Below are positions 1 to 10,600 of a stretch of DNA of 64,000 nt, piece by piece (position 1 is the stretch's first letter; each line of letters starts with the position of its first letter). Below the pieces are notes generated by a model. The model was not told the DNA's origin. It ran no database searches and saw only the letters and a program-made list of their open reading frames with translations. This stretch comes from Lepidodermella squamata (taxonomy: Eukaryota; Animalia; Gastrotricha), in the NCBI GenBank assembly GCA_047495785.1, contig JBLDXI010000015.1, positions 1,674,001-1,738,000 on the forward strand. The letters are read 5' to 3'. The position numbers and the translations under genes were made by a program.

Positions 1-741
1 GACCACAATTCATCGCTACAGTGATACTCGGTTTAAAGCGAATTGCAGGAGCCGATCTTGGCGAGCAAACAAATCGATGCTATTATTAGTGAATTTAACA
101 GTCGTGCTATTGAATGCTGCGAAGTTTGAGATTGTTTTCCAGCATGTTCTACATTGAGGCCTTGGGCCTTGACTATTTTTCGCCTTATCGACCGTAAAGG
201 TGACGATATTTCTTTGGTTGTGGTATGGGTCACTCGCTCCTTTCTGAAACGATGATGATAATCACCTGGTAATGTGTAATGCCTTTGTCCTACCTTGTCA
301 GTGCCTATTTCGACCAACAGCTGAATTTTTTATTTTCCACGTCGCCTGATGCTTATGCTATGAATGATAAACGTCAAAACCTTGATTTGAAATGACAGAT
401 GAATTCGGAATGAATAAACAATTCCTATCATTTTTAATTCTTCTCTTCGAATCGACTTTTTTCAAGAGGATAGTCCTGTAAATTAACCGAACCAGATGGC
501 GAACCAGTGAATCGAATTCGCTAAATTCGGCTCCTGAGACGGGGTGAAGCAAAAGGGCAACATGGAATATTATGGTTTTCTTCAGGAATAATCATATCGC
601 AGTAAGCGGCGCATGAGGATTGTTGAACGTTTCCCCGAATTTCCTTGACTCAGTCTCTCTCGCTCGCTAGCAGCAAGATTTGGCGGAGAAGCTATCATTC
701 AAAGTTCGCTTTAGTTCGAAATAACAGTTGATAATAACCAA

Positions 742-823
742 GCTGCTATGCCCGAGTGGTTAAGGGGTCTGACTTGAAATCAGATGCGGTCTCCGCGCGT
801 AGGTTCAAATCCTACTAGCAGCG
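742..823 (+). tRNA. tRNA-Ser(TGA)
   Basis: Cloverleaf GCTGCTA..TAGCAGC-G73, anticodon loop CTTGAAA, long variable arm. Confidence 0.95.
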
Positions 824-1179
824 ATAACATTTTGGATTTCAGCTTCAGCTGTGCGATATCAAGTGATACGTGAAAGTAAAAAGCGGCACTTTCTAACGTG
901 AATCAAAAGGCAAAAAAATACTTTTTACTATCACCTGACACCTCACATCTTCAAACTGACTTGGACTACAGTAGATCCGTGTTATTTAACAATGCTAACG
1001 ATATGTCAACTTGAATGTCAAAACGCAAGAGTTAATCGCCAACCGATTCGCAATTTGTTGCCTGAATTCACGCATTGCCCGGCACCTCTTTGGCCACCCG
1101 TAACGAATGGGCTTGTCGCTCGGCAACACGACTTGCATAGGTTTAGCAACATAGCAGCTGACTCTATTTGTCAAAAAGA

Positions 1180-1253
1180 AGGTTCCGGCGGGGTTCGAAC
1201 CCGCGACCTTCTGCGTGTAAAGCAGACGTGATGAACCACTACACAACGGAACC
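1180..1253 (-). tRNA. tRNA-Val(TAC)
   Basis: GGTTCCG..CGGAACC acceptor stem, loop TTTACAC, intact A and B boxes. Confidence 0.95.
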
Positions 1254-1325
1254 TGTTAACACTGAAGATCGAATACAGACCTTTGAAGTTTGAGAATTTG
1301 CCTAATTTGTTACAGTTTCAAAAAT

Positions 1326-1397
1326 TGGAGATGCCGGGGTTTGAACCCGGGACATCTTACATGCAAAGCAAGCGCTCTACCACTGAGCTACATCCCC
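1326..1397 (-). tRNA. tRNA-Ala(TGC)
   Basis: GGGGATG..CATCTCCA with G3:U70, loop TTTGCAT. Confidence 0.95.
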
Positions 1398-1469
1398 ATA
1401 TGATTTGAAGGAACCTTAACTTTCAAATCAGTGGTCCCAAGGAAAACTGAATTAGAAAAAATGTGGGCG

Positions 1470-1516
1470 AGGTTCTCCGGCAGGGACCAGTGATCTTCTC
1501 CGTGTGAAGGAGACCT
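1470..1516 (-). pseudogene. tRNA-Val(CAC) remnant
   Basis: Anticodon arm (cttctccgtgtgaaggagac) matches intact copies and sits at the expected cassette position; the rest is decayed. Confidence 0.7.
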
Positions 1517-1604
1517 GGATGTTGAAGATTCACAGTACTAACGTCAACCACGGTGAACCTGCACAGTGAATCAACCTGCACTGTTAATCTTAAAAACGCG
1601 AAGC

Positions 1605-1678
1605 TGCCCCCTGTGAGGATCGAACTCACGACCTCCAGATTATGAGACTGGCGCTCTAGCCAACTGAGCCAAGGAGGC
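1605..1678 (-). tRNA. tRNA-Met(CAT), elongator type
   Basis: GCCTCCT..AGGGGGCA, loop CTCATAA, TTCGA T-loop. Confidence 0.95.
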
Positions 1679-1710
1679 GCTTGTGGTCAATCATGACCCT
1701 ATTCTTATTC

Positions 1711-1779
1711 TTGTATGGCGGCACACTGATTGGCTACTGGCGGCATAATGGCACGATTATTCCGTGGGATGATGACGAT
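1711..1779 (+). pseudogene. Isolated LicD/fukutin catalytic-motif fragment
   Basis: Translates LYGGTLIGYWRHNGTIIPWDDDD; paralog near 27600 reads LYSGSLIGYWRHGGHMIPWDDDHD. Confidence 0.8.
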
Positions 1780-1966
1780 AAGTTAAATTTTCATTACTGT
1801 TGCGGTAGAGCTCAATGCAGTTCCATTTCAAACTAGGTTAGGTGAATTTTATCATTAAAAAAACGGACATAATATATTAAGCCTATTCGAGACCACATTT
1901 CTTGAGAAAAATATCGCTTTTTCATTGAGGTCAAATTTCAGCAAGAATATTAGTTTTAAAAGTGCG

Positions 1967-4309
1967 CTAATGCTTAATCACCAGTGTCTGCAGCTTATCA
2001 GCCCAGACAGGGTAGAAAATGATAGCGAAACTGCTGAATGAGTAAGCGATTTCCAGGCACGCCAGTGTAAGCAACTGATGCATCCACTTGTTGACTACTG
2101 CCATTAGAAAGAATCCCCCTCCAAATATTGTTGCGGCATTTAAGACTGCAATCCTTACGGTGGAGACATCTAAACGAAACATTGCTTGCGTGATAAGTAT
2201 TTTGGTTTCGAAAAGCCGAGCAGTAGAGATCACTAGCAATATCAGATTGAATCCAGCGAACCCGGCCGACCACGCTGGAAGGTCTTTAGCGTAACATCTC
2301 TCTGACGTATTCGTGTAGTAGGTGTCAAGTTCATAATCAAAGGAAACATCGCTAGTTTCTAGCACTCTTCTTATAGGGTCAGAAACTAGGAGCCAGACAA
2401 TGAGAAGAATAATGCATATGATTAAACAGCTACCGACTACCCTTGTCTCATTGATCGCCATGCGCTTTGAAGTTTGATTTCCTTGGAAACTAGTATGCTC
2501 ATGATTCGACGATCTCCTGCTTGTAGTAAGGCGCCGATGAAATTTCGACCTGTGTGAACCCGTTTCCCTCCGCCGCTGCTCCGTTAGACGCACTAATGTT
2601 AGCGATCTAAAGCATAGTACTCCATTTATAACAGAAAATCCAATCACTGGCAGGATTGCTATCCAGGAGCAATCTTTTGTGGGTAGAATTTGGGTGAGTG
2701 CGGCTATATCTAGTGTTATACATCCAAATGCTATGAATAGACCTCCTGGAAAGTCGAAAAATACCGCAAAATATTGGGCTTGCGATTGGCAGATGAAGAT
2801 AACGCATGCTTTCGTGATTAAGCCAATTTTCACAACCGCAAGGACTGAAGCCATACAAGACAGGATTATTATGAGCTTAGATGCCATCTGTAAGCTGACG
2901 ATTTCAATTTTTGACAGATCCCTAGGCGGCAATCCCGACTTCGTTGCCCAGAGAGGCGATATGGGTAGATTCCAAAAGGGCTCAATCGCAAAATTTGATA
3001 AATTCAAACTTAGTTCTGGATCTCTCATGAAAACGTTATAAATGTGAAGGGCTGTGTTATTGATGAGCTGAGATATGGATTGATTTTCGCTGTCAACCTC
3101 TAGTCTAGGCGAGAAGTTGATGCGACTCGTTCTAACTGTTGCAATGTTCAATTTAGCTGCAGATTGATGCAAAACTTGGAATACCAAATCAGGTTTACTG
3201 CGGTAGTCTGCCAATGTTAAATTGTAGCGATTTCTCAGTCTGTAATCTGTTGCGTTTAGCGTGAAGATGGCAGCCATCATGACGTCTTGGCAGAAGAGCC
3301 TGACTCCATAGTCCGAAACTTCTTTACCGGGCCTTCCAACAGCTTTACTAAGGCGATATTCAAACTCGGAAACATTGTACCCTAGACTGCTTATCCCGTT
3401 GAAAAAACTTCCGTATACTTTTGTGAGTCCTATCCAAAATGTCGCTCGCATTTGTTGCTCAATGATGTCGTAATTCGGGCAGTCGGCAAGTAACCATGAA
3501 CTGCTTATTTGAACGCAGCTATAAAGTGCTACGAACAAGTAACGAGGAGCCGTGACACCAGCTCTGTAAGTTTGGCACCATAATCGCCAGCAGAATAATG
3601 AACGCATGGTTGCGACGAAATAAATTCTCGCGTCGCCTGACTTCATTTCTTCAAGATATTCCGTAGCGTCGAAATCAACTGATACAACTGTTGTAACCAC
3701 TTTTATGCCGTTTTCATTCGCAATTTCAACGAAATGCTTCGCTAGACTGTAATCCTCAAGGCGTGTCGAAGTTATCACTCCAACTTGTCGCCATTTTCCT
3801 ATCTCGGTCATAAATTTGATCGCTGCGTAAATGACATTTTCCATAGGTATTTGAGGTCGGAAAAGAGCTGAGTGGGTGTTCCGTTGAGTCAACAGATTGA
3901 TAGCTGCGCAACCGTAAGAAAAGTGAATCGATTTATAGAACTTGAGCAATGGTGCTGAAAATTGGCAATTGACTTGCTGGCCCACAAAAACAGGGGCCAG
4001 TAGAGTTTTCTCCTCGGAGAGAGATCGGTCAGCCTCCATAATGTTAATTACGCTAGGAATAACGCCGAGTCCATCTACTGCTTCGTCCTCAGGCTGGATT
4101 TCGAGGTGGTAATCGGGCAGAATGTCAGGCCTTCGATTAGCTTCGTCAACTGCAATGCGATAAGACGCCAAGCAAATAGTGCCGTTAGTTTGCTGTATGT
4201 AGTTGTTAAGCGAGATGAAACTAGGAATCCTGAGAATTTTCGCTCTGTTTCCAGAAAGTGGCTCAATTGTTAAACCAGCGGCTAACATTATTCTAAGAAT
4301 GTTCATCAT
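1967..4309 (-). CDS. Class C GPCR, GABA-B receptor-like (Venus flytrap/ANF domain plus 7TM), single long exon
   Basis: 780 aa ORF: DEANRRPDILPDYHL and KWRQVGVI in the flytrap domain, LLIVWLLVSDP..ERC..LFETK in the 7TM, no Cys-rich linker; a 5' signal-peptide exon may be missing. Confidence 0.85.
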   Translation of the reverse strand: MMNILRIMLAAGLTIEPLSGNRAKILRIPSFISLNNYIQQTNGTICLASYRIAVDEANRRPDILPDYHLEIQPEDEAVDGLGVIPSVINIMEADRSLSEEKTLLAPVFVGQQVNCQFSAPLLKFYKSIHFSYGCAAINLLTQRNTHSALFRPQIPMENVIYAAIKFMTEIGKWRQVGVITSTRLEDYSLAKHFVEIANENGIKVVTTVVSVDFDATEYLEEMKSGDARIYFVATMRSLFCWRLWCQTYRAGVTAPRYLFVALYSCVQISSSWLLADCPNYDIIEQQMRATFWIGLTKVYGSFFNGISSLGYNVSEFEYRLSKAVGRPGKEVSDYGVRLFCQDVMMAAIFTLNATDYRLRNRYNLTLADYRSKPDLVFQVLHQSAAKLNIATVRTSRINFSPRLEVDSENQSISQLINNTALHIYNVFMRDPELSLNLSNFAIEPFWNLPISPLWATKSGLPPRDLSKIEIVSLQMASKLIIILSCMASVLAVVKIGLITKACVIFICQSQAQYFAVFFDFPGGLFIAFGCITLDIAALTQILPTKDCSWIAILPVIGFSVINGVLCFRSLTLVRLTEQRRRETGSHRSKFHRRLTTSRRSSNHEHTSFQGNQTSKRMAINETRVVGSCLIICIILLIVWLLVSDPIRRVLETSDVSFDYELDTYYTNTSERCYAKDLPAWSAGFAGFNLILLVISTARLFETKILITQAMFRLDVSTVRIAVLNAATIFGGGFFLMAVVNKWMHQLLTLACLEIAYSFSSFAIIFYPVWADKLQTLVIKH

Positions 4310-5332
4310 CTTTCTGAACTAAACAATTGATGTGATAATCGCGTAAATACTTAGTTGTCGTCGATGGTTTGATACAACTTTCTAATTTAGACATCTTCTG
4401 GATAACGACCTTTTCGAAACGTGCTAGAAAGCATCGTTGCGAACGCAGAGCAGAGTGCATGATTATGTTGATGATTGTATAATTAGCATTGACCTCTCCC
4501 CCTCAAGTTTGAAATGCATGTTCGAAGATTGTCCCTGAGTTCGACTGAGCTAGTGCAATCTAGCGCGCAATAATGAAGGCAATAATGCACATTTCAAATA
4601 TCAAGGATTAATGTTTAATGCGAGTTTGATCAAAGCGAGTAGATTTTACAGTCTCCCTCAGGCACGCGTTATCGTAAAGGAAGGGACAAATCTTTGGATG
4701 CTAGGTATCCTGAAAACATAAATGTAAGTAGCTAGTAAATGACCTAGAAGGCGACTTCAAGCGGTTTACAGGCTAAATTATACCATATTCGAGCCCGTTT
4801 GGAAGTAATACAATTCTCAACAAGCTAAAACTATGTTTTTCCTCTTTTTATCCACAGCTGATATCGCCTTGATCCCGATGTACCCAGCTCGTGTTACATC
4901 GTTTTATGCCAACCGGATGGAGAAGCTAACGAAGCGTTTGGTTATCGAAGAAATGTTTATGATACAGCTTCAACATTTTTATGGTTGAATAGAGCGTGGG
5001 CTAGTGCCTTTAATTGCCACGGCTCGTCTATAGCCGATGAAAACTGTCGTTGTAACGCCTAGATATAGTGAGGGCAAAAATTCGTAAATTTCCTTAAAAG
5101 TGTGCTAAAGGAGGAACTTTAAATTGTAAATTCGAATGATTTCGGCAGTATTGCATAGGCAAGAGTGTCCAGTCTCTTATTATTTGTCTATGATTGAATA
5201 TTAAAACACAAGAGTGGTTATTCGCAAACCGATTCGCAATTTGTTGCATGAATGCATCTATTGCCCGGCACCTCTTTGGCCACCCGTAACAAATGGTTTG
5301 TGGCTCGGCCCGTTGTCGGTATCTCAAGAAGA

Positions 5333-5406
5333 AGGTTCCGGCCGGGTTCTAACCCGCGACCTTCTGCGTGTATAGCAGACTAGATGAACCACTACACAAC
5401 GGAACC
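5333..5406 (-). pseudogene. tRNA-Val(TAC) degenerate copy
   Basis: U33>A, T-loop TTAGAA, D-stem and T-stem mismatches versus intact copies. Confidence 0.8.
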
Positions 5407-5471
5407 TGTTCATTCTAGAGACCAAAAAGAGGTCTTTGAAGTTCGCTAAAATTAGTTACAGCTTCAAAAAT

Positions 5472-5543
5472 TGGAGATGCCGGGGTTTGAACCCGGGACA
5501 TCTTACATGCAAAGCAAGCGCTCTACCACTGAGCTACATCCCC
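5472..5543 (-). tRNA. tRNA-Ala(TGC)
   Basis: Same sequence as 1326-1397. Confidence 0.95.
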
Positions 5544-5616
5544 ACATGACTTCAAAGTGCTTGGATCCTCTTTTAATGGCAACGGAAGCTTTTCGAAGCT
5601 GGAAAAATGTTGCACG

Positions 5617-5689
5617 AGGTTCCGGCGGGGTTCGAACCCGCGACCTTCTCCGTGTGAAGGAGACGTGATAACCACTACACTACGGAACC
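5617..5689 (-). tRNA. tRNA-Val(CAC)
   Basis: Stem TCTCC/GGAGA, loop TTCACAC. Confidence 0.95.
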
Positions 5690-5826
5690 TAGATGCTGTT
5701 GGCGTCAAACACTAGTTTAAATGCTGGATCTTCTGCCAAGCGATAGAAAAATCACACTACGGAACCTGGGTGATAGCAAAGCCACTCTAAAAGAAACTTG
5801 CGTCGTCCTCAAGGCCATAGTAAAAG

Positions 5827-5898
5827 TTCCCTGACCGGGAATCGAACCCGGGCCGCCGCGGTGAGAACGCGGAATCCTAACCACTAGACCATCAGGGA
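5827..5898 (-). tRNA. tRNA-Glu(CTC)
   Basis: TCCCTGA..TCAGGGAA, loop TTCTCAC; only intact Glu copy in the window. Confidence 0.95.
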
Positions 5899-5968
5899 GG
5901 TTGAAGATGTAACATAATTGAGACGGGACTATCCTTGAGAATTAGGTCCCCGTTGATAAAAATGAAGC

Positions 5969-6042
5969 TGCCCCCTGTGAGGATCGAACTCACGACCTCC
6001 AGATTATGAGACTGGCGCTCTAGCCAACTGAGCCAAGGAGGC
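5969..6042 (-). tRNA. tRNA-Met(CAT)
   Basis: Same sequence as other Met copies. Confidence 0.95.
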
Positions 6043-6152
6043 GCTTGTGGTCCCTCTTGACCCTATTCTTATCGCTGAAGTGAAAATAAAAATGGCTGAC
6101 GTTGGAAGAAGACGGTGATTGACGAGCCAGTATGTTTAGACTAATTATCATT

Positions 6153-6232
6153 GGCGAACCAGATGGGGCATGTGTATCGAACCTACAATTTCTGGCTTCA
6201 AAGGCCAACGCCATACATCATTAGGCAGGGGC
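6153..6232 (-). pseudogene. tRNA-Arg(CCG) decayed pseudogene
   Basis: Aligns to Arg copies with many transitions; loop now CTTTGAA. Confidence 0.7.
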
Positions 6233-6538
6233 AATCTTTCTCACTTAGTCATGTTCAAAGGTTTCTTGCTTATTTTTTCAACAGTATGGCTACCAAAGCA
6301 ATTGAAACAAGGATTTATATCTACATTTAGATCTTTCCAGTCAATCAGCTCGGCGGCCTGCAAATTGCTACCTCAAGACGCGAACTGCACTTAAAAACCC
6401 GCAAAATTAGAGAATCATGGAAAACGAAAGCGATTGGTTTCGAGCAAACTGTTGAATGTATCAAGGATGTTGAAATTAAAAATTCCTCCCTAAAGTAATG
6501 TCGAGCACACACAGAGAATGTATAGAGAAATCTGAAGC

Positions 6539-8301
6539 ATGATTTCCAGGAGCGCACTCGTCATACTCGCTATTACATGTGTGTTTTCGTTATAAATTAG
6601 ACTTGGATATAAAGATTTTTTGAAATTTTTACAGTTTGCACGCGCTCCATTGCTGGCGACATCGGGGACGACGATGAAATCGCAGATTCATACAAACCAC
6701 TTACAAACATCACCGTAACTGGGGTAATGGCTAATTACATTCTCGAATTCTATCCATTGGTCGAGACAGAAGAACTTACTAAAGCAAGCCTACTAGCTGT
6801 TGGTTGGCCACTAAGCAAATTTTATGGTCCATTCGACTTCCCGCCGAGGCTAAACCAGCCCAAAACTGACAAAACACCTGTTGCAAAAGTTCGGCTTTCG
6901 AGCCAAGCGAAATCCCTGTCACTGTTCTACTTCATTAACGCGCCTGAGACAAACTCAAATACTGCTAAAATGCTACTCGACTTCGGCGTGAGCTCAGTAC
7001 AAGTTAGGAATGGCACACTTTTCGCGTTGCTTGGTAGAGGGGTGACAATTTATATATCGAGAACTGTTTCAAACGGATGGAACTTCGCAGTCTTCAAAAT
7101 TTACGATGGGATGATGGACAAGCTGGATAGCCGTGTGAGTATTTACCAAGACACTGCTTGTTTGACGAGTTACAACAGCAAGTTCCTTTACTTGTCAGAT
7201 GAAAACGTGGCACTAATTCACTGCAATTGCCGAACATTGGGGAAGTGCAATTTGAAAAGAGGTTACATGGGTCCAGCATCCGATCAACTGGTTGGATTCT
7301 GGCCGCTCAACGGAGAAAACCTCGCGAACGAATTTGCTTACAAAGAGGAGCCTTTTTACATCAACCCCGCTGTTCAAGTGACTTTGGATGAGCCTGGTCC
7401 TTATGGGAAAGGTTCTACTTCAATCTCAGTGGAAAGAAGCATTACGGGTGCCATTTTATCATTCTGTCTTGCTGGACGCATGGACTTATCCATGGGCTAC
7501 ACTTTGAGCTTCTTCTACCGCATAATGGCTCATCGGGGGCTTAGTTCGTTGAAGATTTCATTCTTAGCCCCTGTAGTCAACTCATCGTTGGAGTTTACAT
7601 ACTTCAGCGAAATCGGTAAGATGGATTTCGCACTGAGTTCACCGCAAGGGGTTGTAAATGGGTCTGCAGCCGTTCCAATACCAGGCACTGAATGGATTTT
7701 TTTCGCCATCGTTCACGACTCGCAGCGCTTTGGGCTGTACAGCCAATTCAGCGTAGGAAAGTTCAAGTACATGGAGGAAGGAAATCCTGTTCATATTGAC
7801 TTTCCAACAAATTCCGAAATGTTAATGACGATTTCAGGGCAATTTATTCCCGGCGATTTAGTATCATGCGTTCAGTTGCACAACACGGTACTCGTCAAAA
7901 CAGAAGTTGAATTGCTAACATGTGTTTGCCGTGAAAATGGGCTATGTAAAGAAGCCGCGGACCTGAATCGCCCGGTTGAGGATAATTATGATATCAAGAA
8001 GAGGAAAAGAGAACTTGGTATGAATGTTAAACGGCCAAACTTAGCTGCGAGCTGTTCTCACGCCATTGCGCCAATGCCTGCGGGAGAAATCGTGGCTATT
8101 ACGACAAGATTGCAGCAAATCACTATCACACCGGTTTCTGAAGTTAGTAATAGCATGGGATTAATCTCAACTGAGTCCAATCCTCTGACGATTCCGCAGG
8201 CAACAACCCCGGGAAACTACGCTACGGCTCAGAAGGGTTCCAAATACTTCACATCTGCTGGTATCTTAACTCTGATTCTTAGAAGATTAGTCTCAGAGTA
8301 A
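6539..8301 (+). CDS. Secreted or GPI-anchor-like protein with ConA/LamG/pentraxin-like domain; exons 6539-6578 and 6635-8301
   Basis: Spliced N-terminus MISRSALVILAITFCTRSIAG resembles a signal peptide; LVGFWPLNGE, YTLSFFY and WIFFAIVHD are LamG-like; Thr/Ser-rich stalk and hydrophobic tail. Confidence 0.65.
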
Positions 8302-9038
8302 AATATGAAACCAGCAATTTCAGAATAACGAAAGGAAATCGCTATTACCTGAATCTTTAACTCCCGACCACCCAAGTGATCCAAATATCTACATTTCGTC
8401 ATTTTAAAGCCACCGACGTTGCTTTTTCCAAATTCAAGCCCAGATCTGAAGAAACAATTCAAAAATGTAAAGAAAACAGCAAAGTTAACGCAATAAGCAG
8501 ATGTCTGCTCTTAATAGCTTAGAACAAAGGCATCTGTGCCATGACGATTTCTGGCTTCAGGCTGGCTCGATCTGGCATTGGGCTGCCTAGGGAGCTGAAA
8601 AGCTCCTCGGCTTCGGATGAGTCACAAAGCGTTGGGCAAGGCAGTGCAAAAAAGCGGGGGTGAATTAATTGTAAGTGATAAGTATTTAGGGGCGGGTCGG
8701 AGGAAATGACCCCTACCCAACTGACAAAAGTAAAAAGACAACCGAAATGACTCACATTGATTGATTGACCCATTTAGCCCACCCATTCTCATGTCTGGCA
8801 AGACATCAATTATAGCACCTTAGTTATGTTTGCACTAGCATATTGTATATATGAGCACCGCTGTCCATGATAAGCAGTACCGGAGATACTGATTAGCCCA
8901 GTATTAGACATGTATGAAATGGTATAAGTTGGTATACAAGTGGATCTAATTATGATAGTTATTCATCGCTCAATGCGGTCTGCGATCAAACAGAATTTGT
9001 ATATGTAACAGACATTTTGCGACCTGTTCATCGTAATC

Positions 9039-10461
9039 ATGAATGTGACCGCCCGTCGCTTACTATCATTCAAACCGTTACCATGGTTTATATGCTTCGT
9101 TCTGATTATCTACATCGCCATCCGCGACTGCTCGGTCTCCCATCAATCAGCACAGAGAGTTCCCTTGGAAATGTATTCCACCCTAGCGAATATGACGACT
9201 TCGGATGTGCCTCGAGGCAATGAGGAAATGGAAACTTTCAAGAGGCTCATCAAATCGAGTTCTAGCGCAATGGCGAGACTGAGGGAAGTGTGGAAAATAT
9301 CCTCAGAGGTTATATTCAAAATCGAAAAGCAGTTCAAAATATCACGTCTATACAAAGAATCCCTACTCGGCTATTTACGTCATAACAAGCGAATTATGCC
9401 GTAAGGGAGAATCAATTTGGATAACTTGAATTTCATAGATTCCTTTTAGGTGGCACGATACAATCAAAGTTGCTGTGTTCAACCATGATGTGACTACAGT
9501 GGCGCAAGTATTGAGAATAGCAGCTCATTTTGAACAAGCGATCAAGGGTTTGGACGGATATGGCTGCCACTATGACTCTGATACTTACAGGATACGAATC
9601 TTTGGCACGTTGCCCGGTAATTCTGAGCCAATCGAGGGCGAGAAGTGGCGCTGGCCTTATGTGGAAATTCAAGTTTTCAGAGATCATTTCACAGATTCTG
9701 GCCGTTTGCGAGAGATTGAGAACTCGTCGACCCCGGATTACTGGGTAAGACAATGTTGCCTACTATTGATTAAAACCAGCTGTTTTGTTTTAGTATTCCG
9801 CAGATCTGATATATCCTCTCGAAGAGGTCGTTTTCGAAGGATCACGAGCTAAGGTGCCGAAGCAGATAATGGATGTAGTAGTGCTAGACTTTAATCCTAA
9901 ATGGTGTGAAACCGCTATGCCCAAAAAATGATAGATGCTTTGAAAACATATGACGGGAAATACTCGATGTATTTCGATGATTCAAGTTCGAAGATGAAGT
10001 GTTATTTGAATGACGAGAATTCGTTAGCTGTCCCCGCACTTCGCTCCTACCGCGTTCCATGGCGGTGGCCGTTTGTTGATATCAACATAATGGAGACGCG
10101 TTTCTCGAATCGGACCGGTAAGCTGCTCAAAGTCAGTGAGAAAGGCGGTTTTGATAATTTTAAGGTAAGTTTTTACTCTCTAACTGGCAATTTAATTGAT
10201 TTTTCCCGTTTTTTCCGCCAGTATATGGCTAAATGGATTTTCCCAACTGTAAAGGCGATTTTCGAAGGCGTTGAAGTCAATGTCCCGAATGACATGGAGT
10301 CATTTTTGGGACAGACTTACACGATCGAAGATTGTGTGGCACCGTACTACAGCCATCGTATTGAATATGCGGTCGACCACGGAGATCTCGATAACAATCA
10401 TGGATTTCTCAGTAGACCTTGTTCTGACTTGATACATATGTATAACCTTACAAACATATAG
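9039..10461 (+). pseudogene. LicD/fukutin-family tandem-domain gene with internal deletion and frameshift
   Basis: Colinear with 26463-28317 (LLGYLRHNK..WRWP..VVFEG..WRWPFVDI) but lacks the GSLIG..PWDDD region; frame ends ..KWCETAMPKK* near 9928. Confidence 0.75.
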
Positions 10462-10600
10462 AGCTTTAACCCCGTTGAATGTGCAGCTATATCCAATCTG
10501 GTATATTTTTCATTTCAAAAGAAGCGAACAATCACTGGAAACAGACAATAAAATGTATCGTGACTTTCAATGCATTTTGAGATCGATAATAAGAGGGACA

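Noticed and set aside
1-600. Possible minus-strand exons (..KGASDPYHNQRNIV..FALNRVSL*)
   Set aside because: Splice-like signals are present but there is no recognisable domain or confident start
742-823. Possible Sec or opal-suppressor tRNA because of TGA in the anticodon loop
   Set aside because: Loop CTTGAAA gives anticodon UGA, which reads the Ser codon UCA; a suppressor or Sec tRNA needs anticodon UCA
992-1629. Short ORFs overlapping tRNA genes (also at 5.4, 14.6, 29, 35-37 and 44-46 kb)
   Set aside because: Artifacts of tRNA sequence in the six-frame track
8519-8773. 84-aa minus-strand ORF
   Set aside because: No motif and no supporting gene structure
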